Origin: Prorocentrum cordatum
Taxonomy: Eukaryota
Reading direction: 5' to 3'
Assembly (NCBI GenBank): GCA_963575745.1
Contig: CAUYUJ010000281.1
Location: 1 to 64,000, forward strand
DNA: 64,000 nt
In this document: piece after piece, positions 22,881 to 35,569 of the stretch
How the letters are laid out: the number at the start of each line of letters is the position of its first letter
Numbering within the stretch: the first letter of the stretch is position 1
Translations under genes and position numbers: made by a program
Notes under the pieces: generated by a model
What the model saw: the letters and a program-made list of their open reading frames with translations, nothing else
Told to the model about the DNA's origin: nothing
Databases searched by the model: none

Positions 22881-23254
22881 TCTGCCAGCAGTCCGCAGGC
22901 GAGGGGGGCACGTTCAGAAGCTGCCGTGGTGGCCTCAGGCTTATGGTCAAGCCTGCTCGATTGCGCGGAGAGGCCGGCGAAGGCCGCAGAGGCGAGTGGA
23001 TTTCAGGGCGAAGCGGGCAGCACGAGCGCCTAGGGTGAACGCGTGGCAGTGGTTTCGCGCAGCTGCGACGAGCTCACGCGCGCTGTTTTAGATTCTTGGG
23101 CTGCTGGCGCGGTCCGGTGCCGCCACGAGCGCGATCACCGCCAGATGCTCGCGGGGGACGTTTAGCCCCCCACTGGCCGCACGGGCCGCGCTACTCGCCA
23201 GCGGTGCTGCTCAGGGAACAGGCAAAGGCATCAGCATACGGTAGGTTCGCGCCG

Positions 23255-23420
23255 TGTCGACCGGCGGCGACCCCGCCGCGGGCGTTCAACGTTGAACGCC
23301 GCCAGCGACCCAGAATCGATCGATGTTGAGCCATCTGACGTTTCGGAGACGGCCGATCGTTCAAGGCTGAACGATCCCCGCGGCGTCACAAGCCAGCGCC
23401 GAAGTCGGCACGACACAAAC
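23255..23420. repeat. Palindrome-rich dispersed repeat; reverse copy at ~39125-39300
   Basis: gtcgaccggcggcgacc, ggcgttcaacgttgaacgcc and gatcgttcaaggctgaacgatc all match the opposite strand at 39175-39298. Confidence 0.75.
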
Positions 23421-23724
23421 TTGCCGTGAACTTCCAGAGGTCCGCGAGGATCTCCGAAAGTGCATGTTTGTGTCATTGTTTGCTCCCCCAGCTGTGTGGG
23501 CATGTGCAGGTTCGCGTCCAGGATTCGCTGGCGGTGGCTCGCGCGCTGTCACAGGGCGTACCTTCGCCAATCCCAATTGGGCTCTTTCCACGGCGGGGCC
23601 GCGTGCGTCCTGACGAGCGCGGCGGTTTTGCCACGCGTGGGCGCATGGGCTGCGCCAGCCCCGTTTCATTGGCCACCTTCCTTGCTCCAGCATGAACCCC
23701 ATAAGCCCTCGGTCATCGTCTTTC

Positions 23725-23890
23725 CATCGAAGAAGAATAAAAAACGGCATAGACATAAATGTTCGGAACTCCATGCGGATTTCTCGGATCAGCGCTGGGG
23801 CCTCCCAGATGGCGCCTCTGGCGCCGCCCCTGGCGTTGGGTCCAGCGCGGACCTCCGAAAGTTTGTGTTTATGCAGTTTTTGTGTTCCCC
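23725..23890. mobile_element. MITE family C, diverged copy
   Basis: aaaaacggcatagacataaa...gcggatttctcggatcagcgctgggg...cgcggacctccgaaagtttgtgtttatgc...ttcccc. Confidence 0.7.
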
Positions 23891-24139
23891 ACATGACAGG
23901 TTGGGGTCGTTAGCTGTTAAGAGCAGACCTCCAGGCCCGACCACCTTGCATACCGCGGCTGCCAGATCCCAAGGTCCATTGAGTGTCCCCCGAGACGCCT
24001 GCCTCGCGACGACCTGGCCATTCTGCATACCGCGGCCGCCAGATCCCCAGGTCCACCGAGTATTCCCCGAGACGCGAGACGCCCGCCTCGCGCCGACGAC
24101 GAACACGACAGACCCTGACAGAGCTGAGCCTAAGATTAT

Positions 24140-25600
24140 GATAGAGCAAAGCATAGGAGAACACACAACATGACATAACAGAGCATAACATAACGCAGCA
24201 TCACATAACAGAGCTTACTGTAGCAATATAGGAGCATAACAATGCACTACACGACAGAGTGGATCATACTGAGCACAGCATAACATCATACACCATAGCA
24301 TAACAGAGCATGACAATGCATGCAATGACAGAGTGGATCAGACATCACATAAAATAGCACATTACATAACAGCATAACGTGGTGCCGCATAGCATGCACG
24401 CCATGGCATAACACATCATAGCATTACATGCCATAGCATAACCTTCCACAATAACGTATGCAATGCCACAGCGCGGCATACCATTTAATTCCATAGCGTA
24501 ACATAGCAGAGCGCATAACCACAACATAGCAGCGCACAGCATAGCATGTCATACCATAACCTGACACAACGCATCATAACAACACCTGCTAAGTCAGATG
24601 CAATTACATACAGAATTGCATAGCACGAACCTTCATCAACATAGCACGCCTGGTCATAAACTAGCATCGCAACATAACACATAGCATAGCATACATGAGC
24701 ATAGCGGAACGGGTCATACCTTAACATACCATGCCATAACATAACATACCATACCACAGCATCGCCGACCATATCATTACATACCATGACAAATCATACC
24801 CTGGCATCTCGCTGTATAGTATGTTATGTAATAGCGGAGCCTAACATAGCAGAACAGAGCACAACATCATGTCATGACCGAACAGACAATGACAGAACGC
24901 AGCATCGAGCATACTTTAACAACACAACGCAACGACCGCAACGACTGTACTGCAACTCCATATAATGTATGTTACTGCAGCGGAGCATCTTGACATAACA
25001 AAGCATCGCATACCATACTGAGCATAACACGACGTATCGCAAACAACATAAGTTGTCAGAACATACCATGTCCGGTCAGGGCGCCACAGAGCATACATAG
25101 CACAATCCATCAAACCATAGTGTGGCAGAAGTGAGCATGACATAGCATACTTTAGCATCAGAGAACAGATGTGAACAGGAGCATCATAACAGAAAGCATT
25201 GCACTACAGCCTAATCAAGCGCGACGTGCTCGCCGATGTCAGGCTGGCCACAGGAGCAAACAGGCGCAGCAACGAACGATCGGACGACATACCTATCGTG
25301 ACAGGCGTCACGGCATCACGCCGGCCCGTCGAGAACACAACATGACATAATACAGCATAGCATATTAGAACATGACGGAATATCACATAGTTGGATACGG
25401 TGAAATACAGCAGCGACAGATGAATAGCGCCCTGCCAAACGCAGCATCCTCGTCGACGTAAGACTGGCCACAGGACAAAAGTAATAGTAGCAACGAGTGA
25501 TTCGCCGTCTCGCCCCCCCGCCGAGAGCAGACCAGAACAAACCAGACGCGCATAGAACAGAACATAACAGAACAGAGCGCGATAGAGAAGAGTGCAACAG
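24140..25600. repeat. Highly degenerate pentanucleotide satellite (CATAA/CATAG/CATAC/CAGAA)n
   Basis: 5-bp periodicity is visible throughout; produces the Cys/Tyr/Met/Leu-rich spurious ORFs on the minus strand. Confidence 0.85.
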
Positions 25601-26948
25601 CGACCGAATAATGGCGCCTTATCACACGCGACATGCGCGACGAGCTCAGGTTGGCCACAATCACAAGCAGTAACATATTGCGGGAACAAGCGCCGAACGT
25701 TTTGGTGGAGATCGCTCGGAGCACCATAATTCATTTATTCCAGGAGCCTCCGTTGTGCGTTGTGCGCGCGACACGTGTTCCAGGGTATGCGGAGGTGCGG
25801 CATCATTGCAGGTGTTGCCCCCCGTTCTCTTCGCTGTGCATCTCTCTCTCTCTCGTTCCCTCTCTCTCTCTCTCGCTTGCCTTCTCCACCGCCGTGCTCA
25901 CACTTTGCAGCTGCGCCTTTGAAGAGGTATGCAGAAACGGTTTCACGCTTGCCTCACTGAGTTGCATTGTTGTTCTGGTGTCCGTTATTTCCTCTTGCCG
26001 GCATGATTGGTGTCCCCAGTCACGTAGGGTAGTTTATGGTACTTGTTTGGTTCAGCTGTGCTCCCGTTCGCTTGTGGCACCACGGCTGCGGATGCTTTTG
26101 CGGCATGTTGCCCCTCTCGCCTTCTCTCTCTCTCTCTCTCTCTCCCTCTCTTCCTGCCGCGTGGTCGGGACCATCGGCTCCCCCTCCTTTTTTGCCTCCA
26201 CCTCCCCTGGCCCACCAGCTCGTCTCCGCCCCCATAGCTCCCGCGCCGGCACGCCTGCGCGCGATGCACGCTCCCAGGCGGGCCGCCCTCCGGGCGCCCC
26301 GCCCGAATTCGCGGCGGCCGTGCTGCCCGTCCAGGGCCGCGGCCGCCTCCCGTGCCGTCGGGCCGGGGGCCATGCGTGCCCTATATCGGAGGGCACCAAC
26401 TACATCCCCAGGACGAAAGTTTTTTCCTCTTGGGCCCGGAACGAAGGTTTGAAGTCTGAAGCAAACGCGTGTGAGATACCCGCCGTCGGATCCAATGAAA
26501 GTCGCGCGGATCCAGTTTTGGTTTTGGTGTGTGTTTCGGTGGATCCGATTTCTGCCCGCGCGGATCCGATTTCGGATTTGCTGGATCCGTGTTCGGTCTT
26601 ATTTTTCACGGCGGATCCGATTTCTACCCTGTTTTAAATTTATTATTAATTTTAAACAGGGAACCGGAAGAAATCGGATCCGCGGACCCCGCAAACCGCC
26701 CGTGTTAAGATTCTACGGGGGATGGGGGTTCGGTAATTAATTCTCCACGATGGGCGTTGCGTCGTCTCGCGCACACCCATCAGCTCCCCGCGCGCGCGGG
26801 TCCCATTCGAAATGAATACATACATCCCTCTCACCCCGGTTGCTGCAAACTGCTCGTCTGGTCGCCGTCCGTTCTGGCGCCGACGTTGTCTTGTGAACTC
26901 CTCATGGCCATTTGCACGTCAAGAGGAAAATCTTTCGTCCTGCGTAAG

Positions 26949-26992
26949 TATACACCAACACCGATCCTGGCCAGGATCGGTGTTGGTGTATA
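26949..26992. repeat. Perfect 44-bp palindrome
   Basis: tatacaccaacaccgatcctgg|ccaggatcggtgttggtgtata is its own reverse complement. Confidence 0.95.
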
Positions 26993-27010
26993 GTTGGTGC
27001 CTTCCTACTA

Positions 27011-27187
27011 TAGTCGGGGGACGAAAAGATACGGATACGTGTTGTCCCCCTTCGTGTTCGGCCTTTCCTGGTCCTCCTGGGGGATCCTTGTTGTCCCCGC
27101 TGGATTCGCCCCGAAATGCTGGTCAGAACGCACCCCAAGAGAGGTCCGGGGACAACACGTATCCGTATCTTTCCGCCCCCCCAACTA
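27011..27187. mobile_element. MITE-like element with ~40 bp TIRs
   Basis: tagtcgggg...aaagatacggatacgtgttgtcccc ... ggggacaacacgtatccgtatcttt...ccccaacta. Confidence 0.8.
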
Positions 27188-27239
27188 CCCAACTATAGGG
27201 AGGCAAGAGCGGGCACGGGCAGGACGAGTCGTGTCGGAG

Positions 27240-27440
27240 GCCTCGAGGTTGACGCCAGCACCAATGTCGGCGCCGCGTCGCCACCGAGGGAAGCGTGGCC
27301 CCATCTCGGCGGCGGTGGTGATGTTCTGGCTTCCCAGGCGGCCGCAAGAGTGCCACCAACGCCGAAGTCTGGGATCATCTCCCCCTGGTGGAGGCAACGC
27401 CCTGTGTTGGTGTTGGTGTCAGTTTCCAAGCCCCCAATCG
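27240..27440. repeat. ~200-bp dispersed repeat family F; copies at 34075-34282 (same strand) and 50965-51162 (reverse)
   Basis: Shared gaggttgac(a/g)ccagcaccaat ... ggatcatct ... tggaggca ... cctgtgttggtgttggtg. Confidence 0.85.
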
Positions 27441-28865
27441 TAGCCTCCCAGGGGCGCGTGGGGCAGCCGTGGGACGTGGGATGGGAGGCGTGGAGCGGCT
27501 CGAAGGCACGAATAGGCGCCTTCAGTGCCAGCCGATCCCTCCCGAGCCGTTCCATGACGGGCCCGCTTTCAACCACCACCACCATGAGCTGGAGGTGGGA
27601 AGGAAGTGGGGGACGAGGACGAGGACGAGGAGGATGAGGAGGAACACGACGAAGAGGAGGAGGAGGAGGAGGAGGAGGAGGAGGAGGAGGAGGAGGACCC
27701 CCTCCCCCTCCAACGTGTGGGGGTGGTGGTGGTGGTGGTGGAAAGCAGGCCCATCATTCCAGAGTTCGCCACAGCGCCGAGGGCCTCGGGTGTCGGCAGG
27801 AGAGCGCCGCGGGCGGAGCCCGTGGACGGTGGTGGCCAGGCGGGGCCGTCCACGTGCCACGGGCACGCCACGGGTTTTGGCTCCCACAGTGCCGCGAGCA
27901 TGCCACTCGCTCTTCTTCCAGGCATGCCCCGGCTCCTCAGCTTCTTCTTCGCCTTTCTCCTCCGATCGTTTCGAAACGGTTACGATTACGTGAGGTCTAG
28001 TTCTGAATCGAGCTCGATGCTCGATTATCAGCGGGTCAGACTGGGACCATACGCAAGGCCGAGTCATCATCTTCTTCTTAGTACTAGTATGTATCATTCT
28101 TGTTATTCTAGCTCCCCCTCCTCCCTGTCCTCCGCGCGCTTCTGCTGGTCGTGGTGGGACCGCAGCCGTACGGCTGCGACGGCACCTACGACTGGGTTGG
28201 GACACTCGTCGGCCTGTGCAGTTCGAGTTGTGAGCCGCTGGTGGATTTTCACTGATATAGTTTCGAAGGAACCCTCACAGAGTCCGAGACCTAATTCCAG
28301 ACGGTTCGCGTGTCCCCACCAGCCCATCCAGAAACGATGCCCAGGCGAGTTGCCCAGATCAGGGATGTGTAGGAGAATGCAGTGGAATAAGAGGCTGTGG
28401 AAGCCGTCATACCCAAAGAGGGGGAGGATGGAGGAGGAGGAGGAGGAGGAGGAGGAGGAGGAGGAGGAGGACGAGGAGGAGGAGGAGGAGGAGGAGGAGG
28501 AGGGAGGAGGAGGAGGAGGAGGAGGAGGAGGAGGAAAAGGAGGTACAGGAGGAGGAGGAACAGGTGGATCAGGAGGAGGAGGAGGAGGAGGAGGAGGACA
28601 AGAACGCGCGGTTCCACAGGGCCGTTGCGGTAGTGAACGTATGAGAGCGCCGCAAGGGCTTTGAACGACTGCGGGGCACTCGGGCCTCTGTCGGGGGCCT
28701 TTCCTTTTCCGAGGCCGTCGCCCCGCCTCGAGATGCCGCAAGGGATGTCGCTCGTGCTCGGCTCGACTCCCAGGTGATTGGCCCGCAGAAGGAGGAGGAG
28801 GGGGAGGGAGGAGGAGGAGGAGGAGGAGGAGGCGGAGGAGGAGGAGGAGGCGGAGGAGGAGGAGG

Positions 28866-28901
<36 letters not shown>

Positions 28902-29865
28902 AGGAGGAGGGGGAGGAGGAGGAGGAGAAGCAGGAGGAGGAGGCGGAGGCGGAGGAGAAGGCGGAGGCGGCGGAGGAGGGCGATCAGAAAGGCCAGAGGC
29001 CCCTTGAATACCTCTTGGAGTCTCGTCGGATGTCTCTTGAGAGCTTCTTGGAGTCCTCTTGGCGCGTCTTGGGGGCCTCTTGATGGTCCCTGGGGCCTCT
29101 TGGAGCGTCTTGGGTGCCTCGGGGAGTCTCTTGGGGCCTTCTTGGGGTAGGGGGTCCATTGAGAGCCTCCTGGGGACCTCTTGGGGCCTCCTGGGCGCCT
29201 CTTGGGGCCGTCTTGGAGGACTCCGATCAAAGAAAGGAGTCCCTGATTAGTCTCGCCCCCCCAGCAGGCTAAAATGAGCCCAAACCCTTGGTGAAATCGA
29301 TAATATTTGCTTTCTAGCCGATGACTTCTTGGACCCTCCAATGAGTCGCGGGGCGCCCCGTCCAGGTTCAGGGGAGGGGGTTAGGGGGAGGGGTCAAGCT
29401 ACTCACAAGCAACGAGCCGTCTCGCTACTCCCACCTGCCCTCCCAACACAGAAGGCGCCGCACGTGCCAGCTGCGCCACGCGCAGGTGTGTCACATTGGG
29501 CAAGAGGTCCGCATGCTGCCCGAGCTACAGGATGACAGCCCCATCGAGGAGTCCTCCTCGCAGGGGGTGCGGCTCTCAGTCGAGCAGCGCCTCCAACGGG
29601 CCCAGACAGATGAGGATACCCAAGCGACCACTGGCCCCAGAGACCCCCCAGACGGCCCAAGTGGGCGTCAAGACGGCCCAAGAGAGCCCCAAGACGGCCC
29701 AAGAGAGGCCTCTGAGGGCCCCAAGAGGTTCCCAGGAAAGCCCCAAGAGGGCCACAGGAGGTCCCCAAAGGGGGCCCAGGAGGGCCCCCAGTGGGCCCCA
29801 AGACGGCCCGAGCCCGCCAAGACGGCCCAGGAGGGTCCCAGGACGGGAGCGTCCCCGTCAGAAGG

Positions 29866-29939
29866 CAGTGTAGAGTGACGGCGGGTCTGCGCGCACCGTG
29901 CCTCGTGTGCGGGCGTGCGCCCACCGTCACTCTACACTG
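29866..29939. repeat. 74-bp hairpin / mini inverted-repeat element
   Basis: cagtgtagagtgacgg ... ccgtcactctacactg; perfect 16-bp arms. Confidence 0.8.
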
Positions 29940-30424
29940 GGCGGTGGGCCTGGCGCACGGTCAGGCAGCATGCCGCCCAGCCGCCACCGGCCCTGGCAAC
30001 ATTGAGCATGCCTGGAGTGTTTTTGTAAGGGTCGGGCGATAGCCCCGATTATCGGGCTTGCCCCCCTCCCCCTCCCCAGGATAACCTAACCTTGCCGGTT
30101 ATGCAGGTCCGCAGGAGGGGGGGCGCGGGCATATGCAGGGCTGCCCACATCGCGAGGGTTAGGTTATCGGAGGGCCCCCTCCTCCTCCTCTTCCTCCTCC
30201 TCCTCCTTCTCCTCCTCCTCCTCCTCCTCCTCCTCCTCTCCTCCATCTCCTCCTCCTCCTCCTTCCTCCTCCTCCTCCTCCTCCTCCTCCTCCTCCTCCT
30301 CCTTCTCCTCCCCCCGCCCCCCCGGATAACCCGGGCTATCGCCGATTCAAAAAAAACGGTCTCTATTCAGGAGAAATATGGGAAGTGGGGGGGGGACAAA
30401 AAACCAGAAATTATGCTAACGGAG

Positions 30425-31568
30425 TTCCCCACATAAAGAGATTAACGGTTTCGTGGGGCCCATTTTCTTGATGCCCTCCTCGCTTTGGCGGGGCCTCCCT
30501 GGAGGTGTGGGAGGGGCACGAAACCATGTAAATAGTATGGTATTCCGATACCCTCCTCGCTCAGGCGGGGCCTCCCTGGAGGGGTGGGAGGGGCACGAAA
30601 CCATGTAAATGGTATTCCGATACCCTCCTCGCTCAGGCGGGGCCTCCCTGGTGTAAATAGTATGGTATTCCGATACCCTCCTCGCTCAGGCGGGGCCTCC
30701 CTGGAGGGGTGGGAGGGGCACGAAACCATGTAAATAGTATGGTATTCGGATACCCTCCTCGCTCAGGCGGGGCCTCCCTGGAGGGGTGGGAGGGGCACGA
30801 AACCATGTAAATAGTATGGTATTCCGATACCCTCCTCGCTCAGGCGGGGCCTCCCTGGAGGGGTGGGAGGGGCACGAAACCATGTAAATAGTATGGTATT
30901 CCGATACCCTCCTCGCTCAGGCGGGGCCTCCCTGGAGGGGTGGGAGGGGCACGAAACCTGTAAATAGTAGGTATTCCGAATACCCTCCTCGCTCAGGCGG
31001 GGCCTCCCTGGAGGGGTGGGAGGGGCACGAAACCATGTAAATAGTATGGTATTCGATACCCTCCTCGCTCAGGCGGGGCCTCCCTGGAGGGGTGGGAGGG
31101 GCACGAAACCATGTAAATAGTATGGTTTTCGGATACCCTCCTCGCTCAGGCGGGGCCTCCCTGGAGGGGTGGGAGGGGCACGAAACCATGTAAATAGTAT
31201 GGTATTCCGATACCCTCCTCGCTCAGGCGGGGCCTCCCTGGAGGGGTGGGAGGGGCACGAAACCATGTAAATAGTATGGTATTCCGATGCCCTCCTCGCT
31301 CAGGCGGGGCCTCCCTGGAGGGGTGGGAGGGGTGGGAGGGGAGGGGTGGGTGTGGTATGGTATGGTATGGTATGGGGTGGGAGGGGAGGGGTGGGTGTGG
31401 TATGGTATGGTATGGTATGGTATGGTATGGTATGTGTGGTAGGAACTATGGTATGGTATGGTGTGTGTGGTAGGAATAATATTGTGCTGTATGGAAGATG
31501 GAGCGGGAGGTGGGTGGGAAGGAGAGGGTGTTCTGGGAAAACAAGAACCCCACTCAGGATGTGGGGAA
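30425..31568 (+). mobile_element. Non-autonomous element with 10-bp inverted ends, internal 77-bp tandem array, (TATGG)n microsatellite and 3' stem-loop (HINE/DINE-1-like architecture)
   Basis: ttccccacat at 30425 and atgtggggaa at 31559-68; hairpin ccccac-tcaggat-gtgggg at 31548-31566. Confidence 0.6.
30471..31330. repeat. Minisatellite, ~11 near-identical 77-bp units
   Basis: Unit ataccctcctcgctcaggcggggcctccctggaggggtgggaggggcacgaaaccatgtaaatagtatggtattccg; two units carry clear deletions. Confidence 0.97.
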
Positions 31569-31639
31569 ATATTGTAAAATATGGGGAATCCTCTTATTCG
31601 TGCCTGTTTATTTGTGTGTCCCGGGGCCCCTTCAAATAG

Positions 31640-32010
31640 GCCGGCACCCCCGCCATGCTTGTCGGAACCCGGTGCTGTGCGAGCGACGGGCGTCCGCGCA
31701 GGATTCGGGTTTGGGTGCCGAGCTCACGCTGCATTGCTTTATGCACGGGGTGGTGGGGGCTGTGCTGGCACTGCACACGGCCACCATATGACGGCACCCC
31801 CGCCGTCCTTGTCAAAAGCCGCGCGGGGTGATCGCGGGGCGTCTGCGCATGATCGAGATTCCAGCGCAAAGTGCACCTGGCACCGTTTTCTGCGAGAGGT
31901 GGCGGGGGCGGTGTTGGCATTGCACACTGCAGCCAATATGACGGCACCCCCGAAGCCCATGTAAGAACCAATGCAAAGTGATCGCGGGGCGTCCGTGCAT
32001 GACTCGGATG
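31640..32010. repeat. Degenerate tandem repeat, ~150-bp unit, 2-3 copies
   Basis: Repeated tggca(c/t)tgcacac...atatgacggcacccccg and gtgatcgcggggcgtc. Confidence 0.65.
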
Positions 32011-32417
32011 CTAGTGCAGTTTTTTAACCAAGGGTTGTGGGGGGAGGTGTTGTCATGTTATCTCATGGTCCCAGGTTTGTCGCCGGTCGGGTAGGGGAGG
32101 TGGTGTTGCACGAGTGACAGAACATGAGAAACTTCTCCCCGAAGGGGAAGATGAGACAGGAAACGCTCTAGATTTGTGGAGGACGATCAACGGAGAGGAA
32201 GCATGCAATACTTCCCATATGTCTAAAAGATGTTTCAAACGTGTTTTTAGTATGTTCTAAACATGTTTGAAACATGTTTAGAACATGTTTGACACACTTT
32301 AAACACATCTTTATTTTCATTATAGGATTGTTAGAGTGTCCATTGTCATGGCATCCACAACTCTAGACCACCTCCGCCCAGAGGTCTGGTTGGAATAGGA
32401 AGGTGGACAGAAGAAAC

Positions 32418-32455
32418 CACAACAACAGCAGCAGCAACAACGACGCCACCACCAC

Positions 32456-32490
<35 letters not shown>

Positions 32491-32635
32491 ACAGCAACAA
32501 CAGTAACAGCAGCAACAACAACAACAACAGCAGCAACAACAACGACGACGCCACCACCACCAACAACAGCAACAGCAGCAACAACAACAGCAGTCACAGC
32601 AACAGCAACAGCAACAACAACAGCAGCAGCAGTAA

Positions 32636-32667
<32 letters not shown>

Positions 32668-32672
32668 GCAAC
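32418..32672. repeat. (CAA/CAG)n microsatellite
   Basis: Directly visible. Confidence 0.95.
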
Positions 32673-33060
32673 TCCCGAGTCCACCTCCGCCCGGATGGCT
32701 GGATGCCACCTTGGGCTTCGGGGCCCTCCCGGAACTGGGGCGCTCCTGGGGGCCCTCCCGGGGCGCCGACGGAGGCCTGGGAGGCCCCCCTGGGGGGGGC
32801 CGGAGGCCCACGCGCAGGGCCTCGAGGTTGTCGGGAGTTCTCCAGGAGGGCAAACAACACACAGACACAATGAACCGCTGATTCCCGGGAAAATATGGGA
32901 GATGGGGAACTGTGGGAAGTGGGGGGGAGGACGAACACCCAAAGAATAGGGGAAGGCATGGGGAATATTTTCATGTGTGTGTGTTTATCTGAGTGTCCTG
33001 GGGCCCCTTCAGTTTTCGGAAGTTCCCGCGGTTTCCCAGAAAGGTTTTCCTCGCCTCGGG

Positions 33061-33221
33061 TTGAGTCGGGCGTGTCCCTCCACAGGAGGAATATTCAAGA
33101 GTAGTATGAAAATAGTCTGGGGACGATCTACCGATGACTTCTGGGATGTGTCGGAGCATTTCTGGAGTGTTTCGGATTCTTCGTCCAACATCCGCCTGTA
33201 AGGGGACATGCCGGACCCAAG
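33061..33221. mobile_element. MITE family B, diverged copy
   Basis: ttgagtcgggcgtgtccctccacagg ... cctgtaaggggacatgccggacccaa. Confidence 0.7.
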
Positions 33222-33297
33222 CCTCGGGATGCTTCCCAGCAGCTGCGCCTCGCCGAGGGCGTTCCAGAAGTGCCAGAATCGCTCCGACTCGAGACTC

Positions 33298-33460
33298 ACC
33301 ACCCACCAAACCACCCCAACCCAACCCGAAGGCCCTAACTTATCCTCGATTTCCAGTGGGGGGGGGGTCGTGGAACATCGAGAAAACACATATGGAACCC
33401 GTATCCCCCCCCCAACCCGAAATTCGGGTCTTCGGGTTGGGTTGGGGTGGCCTGGTAGGT
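33298..33460. mobile_element. MITE-like element family H; related copy at ~49253-49420
   Basis: ccaccccaacccaacccgaagg ... cttcgggttgggttggggtgg inverted arms; same arms at 49261 and 49381-49411. Confidence 0.65.
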
Positions 33461-33621
33461 AGCCAGAGACGGTTCTGACACTTGGCGGGGCTGCGGTTGC
33501 GCGGTCGCTGCGCGACCCTCCGGCTCTCCTCTCCGGGGGGGGGTCCGTTCGGCGCGCGCTCGCCGGGGCCCCCTCGGTCTCGAGGGGTCTCTCTCTTGGG
33601 GCACACTTTTAAGCCTTGTGC

Positions 33622-33800
33622 TCCAGATTTCGTAATAAAAGGGAGGGGGTCTGGACCCTCCAAGACAAGCCATTTCAGACCTCCCCCGTGGGAGAGCCCT
33701 CCAAAACATCGTCCCCAGACCCCCCCAGGCCCTCCAAGATAGCCTGGAAGAGACCCCCCCCCGAAATGAGACCCCCCTCGCTTTATTACGAAATCTGGTG
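33622..33800. mobile_element. MITE-like element with ~30 bp TIRs
   Basis: ccagatttcgtaataaaagggagggggtct ... agacccccctcgctttattacgaaatctgg. Confidence 0.75.
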
Positions 33801-34407
33801 TAGGTTCTCAGACCTGGATAAAGGCCACGATGGCTCCACGGCGGCCCCGAGAGCGCCCAAGAGCGCCTCGGGGGCCTTCATGGAGCCGTCCCAGGGCTTC
33901 TGAAGCCCGTCAGAGGCGCGAGGAGGAGAACGCAAATGAGCACCGGCGTTCCGTACTCTCGGGGGCATCCTTGGGATGCTCCGTGGCCGTTTGGAGCCGT
34001 TTTGGGGCAGTCTTGGGGCCTTTTGGAGCATGTTGCAAGCTACCCTGAGCTATCTTCGGATATCTTGTCGCAGGCCTAGAGGTTGACACCAGCACCAATA
34101 TCGGCGGTGTGCCTCCACCGAGGGAAGAAGGTCCCGATCTCAATCTCGGTGATGGTGGTGATATTCTGGCTTCCAAGGTGATCGAAATATTGCCACCAAC
34201 ACCGAAATCTAGGATCATCTTCCTCATGTGGAGGCACCCCCCTGTGTTGGTGTTGGTGCCCATTTCTAGGCCACCAATCTTGACCCATCCTGGATGCGAT
34301 TTAGGCTCTGAGGTCCTCTTGGAGCCAATGTGGGTCAACTTGGACGCTCTAACTACCCGCTGCCGCCGCCGCCCCCCCCGCCCACTGGTCCAGACCCAGG
34401 GGTAGGA

Positions 34408-34568
34408 TTAAGTCGGGCCTGTCCCTCTACAGGAGGAATATTCAAAAATAGTCTAAAAATAGTCCAGGGGCTATTTCTTTGATTATTGTTTGAACATGTT
34501 GGAGTATGGTTTAAGTATTTGTTGTTCTTCATCGAAAACCCCCCTGTAGGAGGACACGCCCGACTTAA
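34408..34568. mobile_element. MITE family B copy with TTAA on both sides
   Basis: TTAA gtcgggcctgtccctctacagg ... cctgtaggaggacacgcccgac TTAA. Confidence 0.85.
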
Positions 34569-35314
34569 GGGTAGGGGGTAGGGTCTTGCAGGGTATTGCA
34601 GTGCATTGCAAGGTCCCTGCAGGGTGTTCTGCATGGGGTCCGTTGGCAGGGTATCCCAATGGCATGGCAGGCTCTTTGAAGGGAAGCTTTGCAGGATATT
34701 GCATGGCGAGCGGCGAGGTCCAGAGGAGAGGGCAGGGTGAGGGGTCGTGTTCGGAGACTGGAAGAAGAAACGTGCCAGACCACCTCCGCCCAGAGCGTGG
34801 GTGGAATTACAGGACGGAGGGCAGCAAACAATGACATCCTTCGTTCCCCTAGTGGGCTGGAGGCCCTTTGCGCTAGGCCTGTGATTCTCGAGACCTCTGG
34901 TTCTCGCGCAACACAGGAGCCTTAATCATCTTATGCGCGCTGGGTGCGAATCGGGTCACACCTGACATCCTTCGACTAATGAGGTCACACCTGATATCAG
35001 TGATCGTCCTAATTGTTCGGTTAGGCCGCTTCTGTTACTGGACATGGACATGCACGCCGCTAGAATACGCTCAACTCTGCCTCCCCAGAGCTCGCCTCTT
35101 TGCGAGCCTCTTCTACTGTGGCTTCGAGTCAGTCTCTGCGCCCGAAAAAGTTGAGGGTCCTAGAGCCAGAGGCTCCAATGGGCACGCGAGAGGCCTTGAG
35201 AGAGCCCTTATCAAGAACCGGGGGGAAGAGGATGAGGAGGATGAGGATGAGGATAAGGATGAGGACGAGGAGGAGGAGGAGGAGGAGGAGGAGGAGGAGG
35301 AGGAGGAGGAGGAG

Positions 35315-35414
35315 NNNNNNNNNNNNNNNNNNNNNNNNNNNNNNNNNNNNNNNNNNNNNNNNNNNNNNNNNNNNNNNNNNNNNNNNNNNNNNNNNNNNNN
35401 NNNNNNNNNNNNNN
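35315..35414. other. Assembly gap (100 N)
   Basis: Run of exactly 100 n following a (GGA)n tract. Confidence 0.99.
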
Positions 35415-35569
35415 CGAGTAGGAGGCTCTTGGGAGGCAACTGCTGGGGGGTCTTCGCAAGAACGGTTCAAGGCTGTTCAGCCCGATTCGGAGACCATTGG
35501 GCCCGGATTCAACGGGATTCCAGCGCTGGTGCTGAATTGAACCTCCCAGGATTTGTGTCCTGAGAGAAG

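Noticed and set aside
27960..28420. Unique-looking segment within the 352-aa ORF
   Set aside because: No motif recognised in the frames I read; the ORF length comes from flanking GAG tracts.
30471..31330. CRISPR-like regular array
   Set aside because: Units are identical end to end with no unique spacers, and there are no cas genes; it is a minisatellite.
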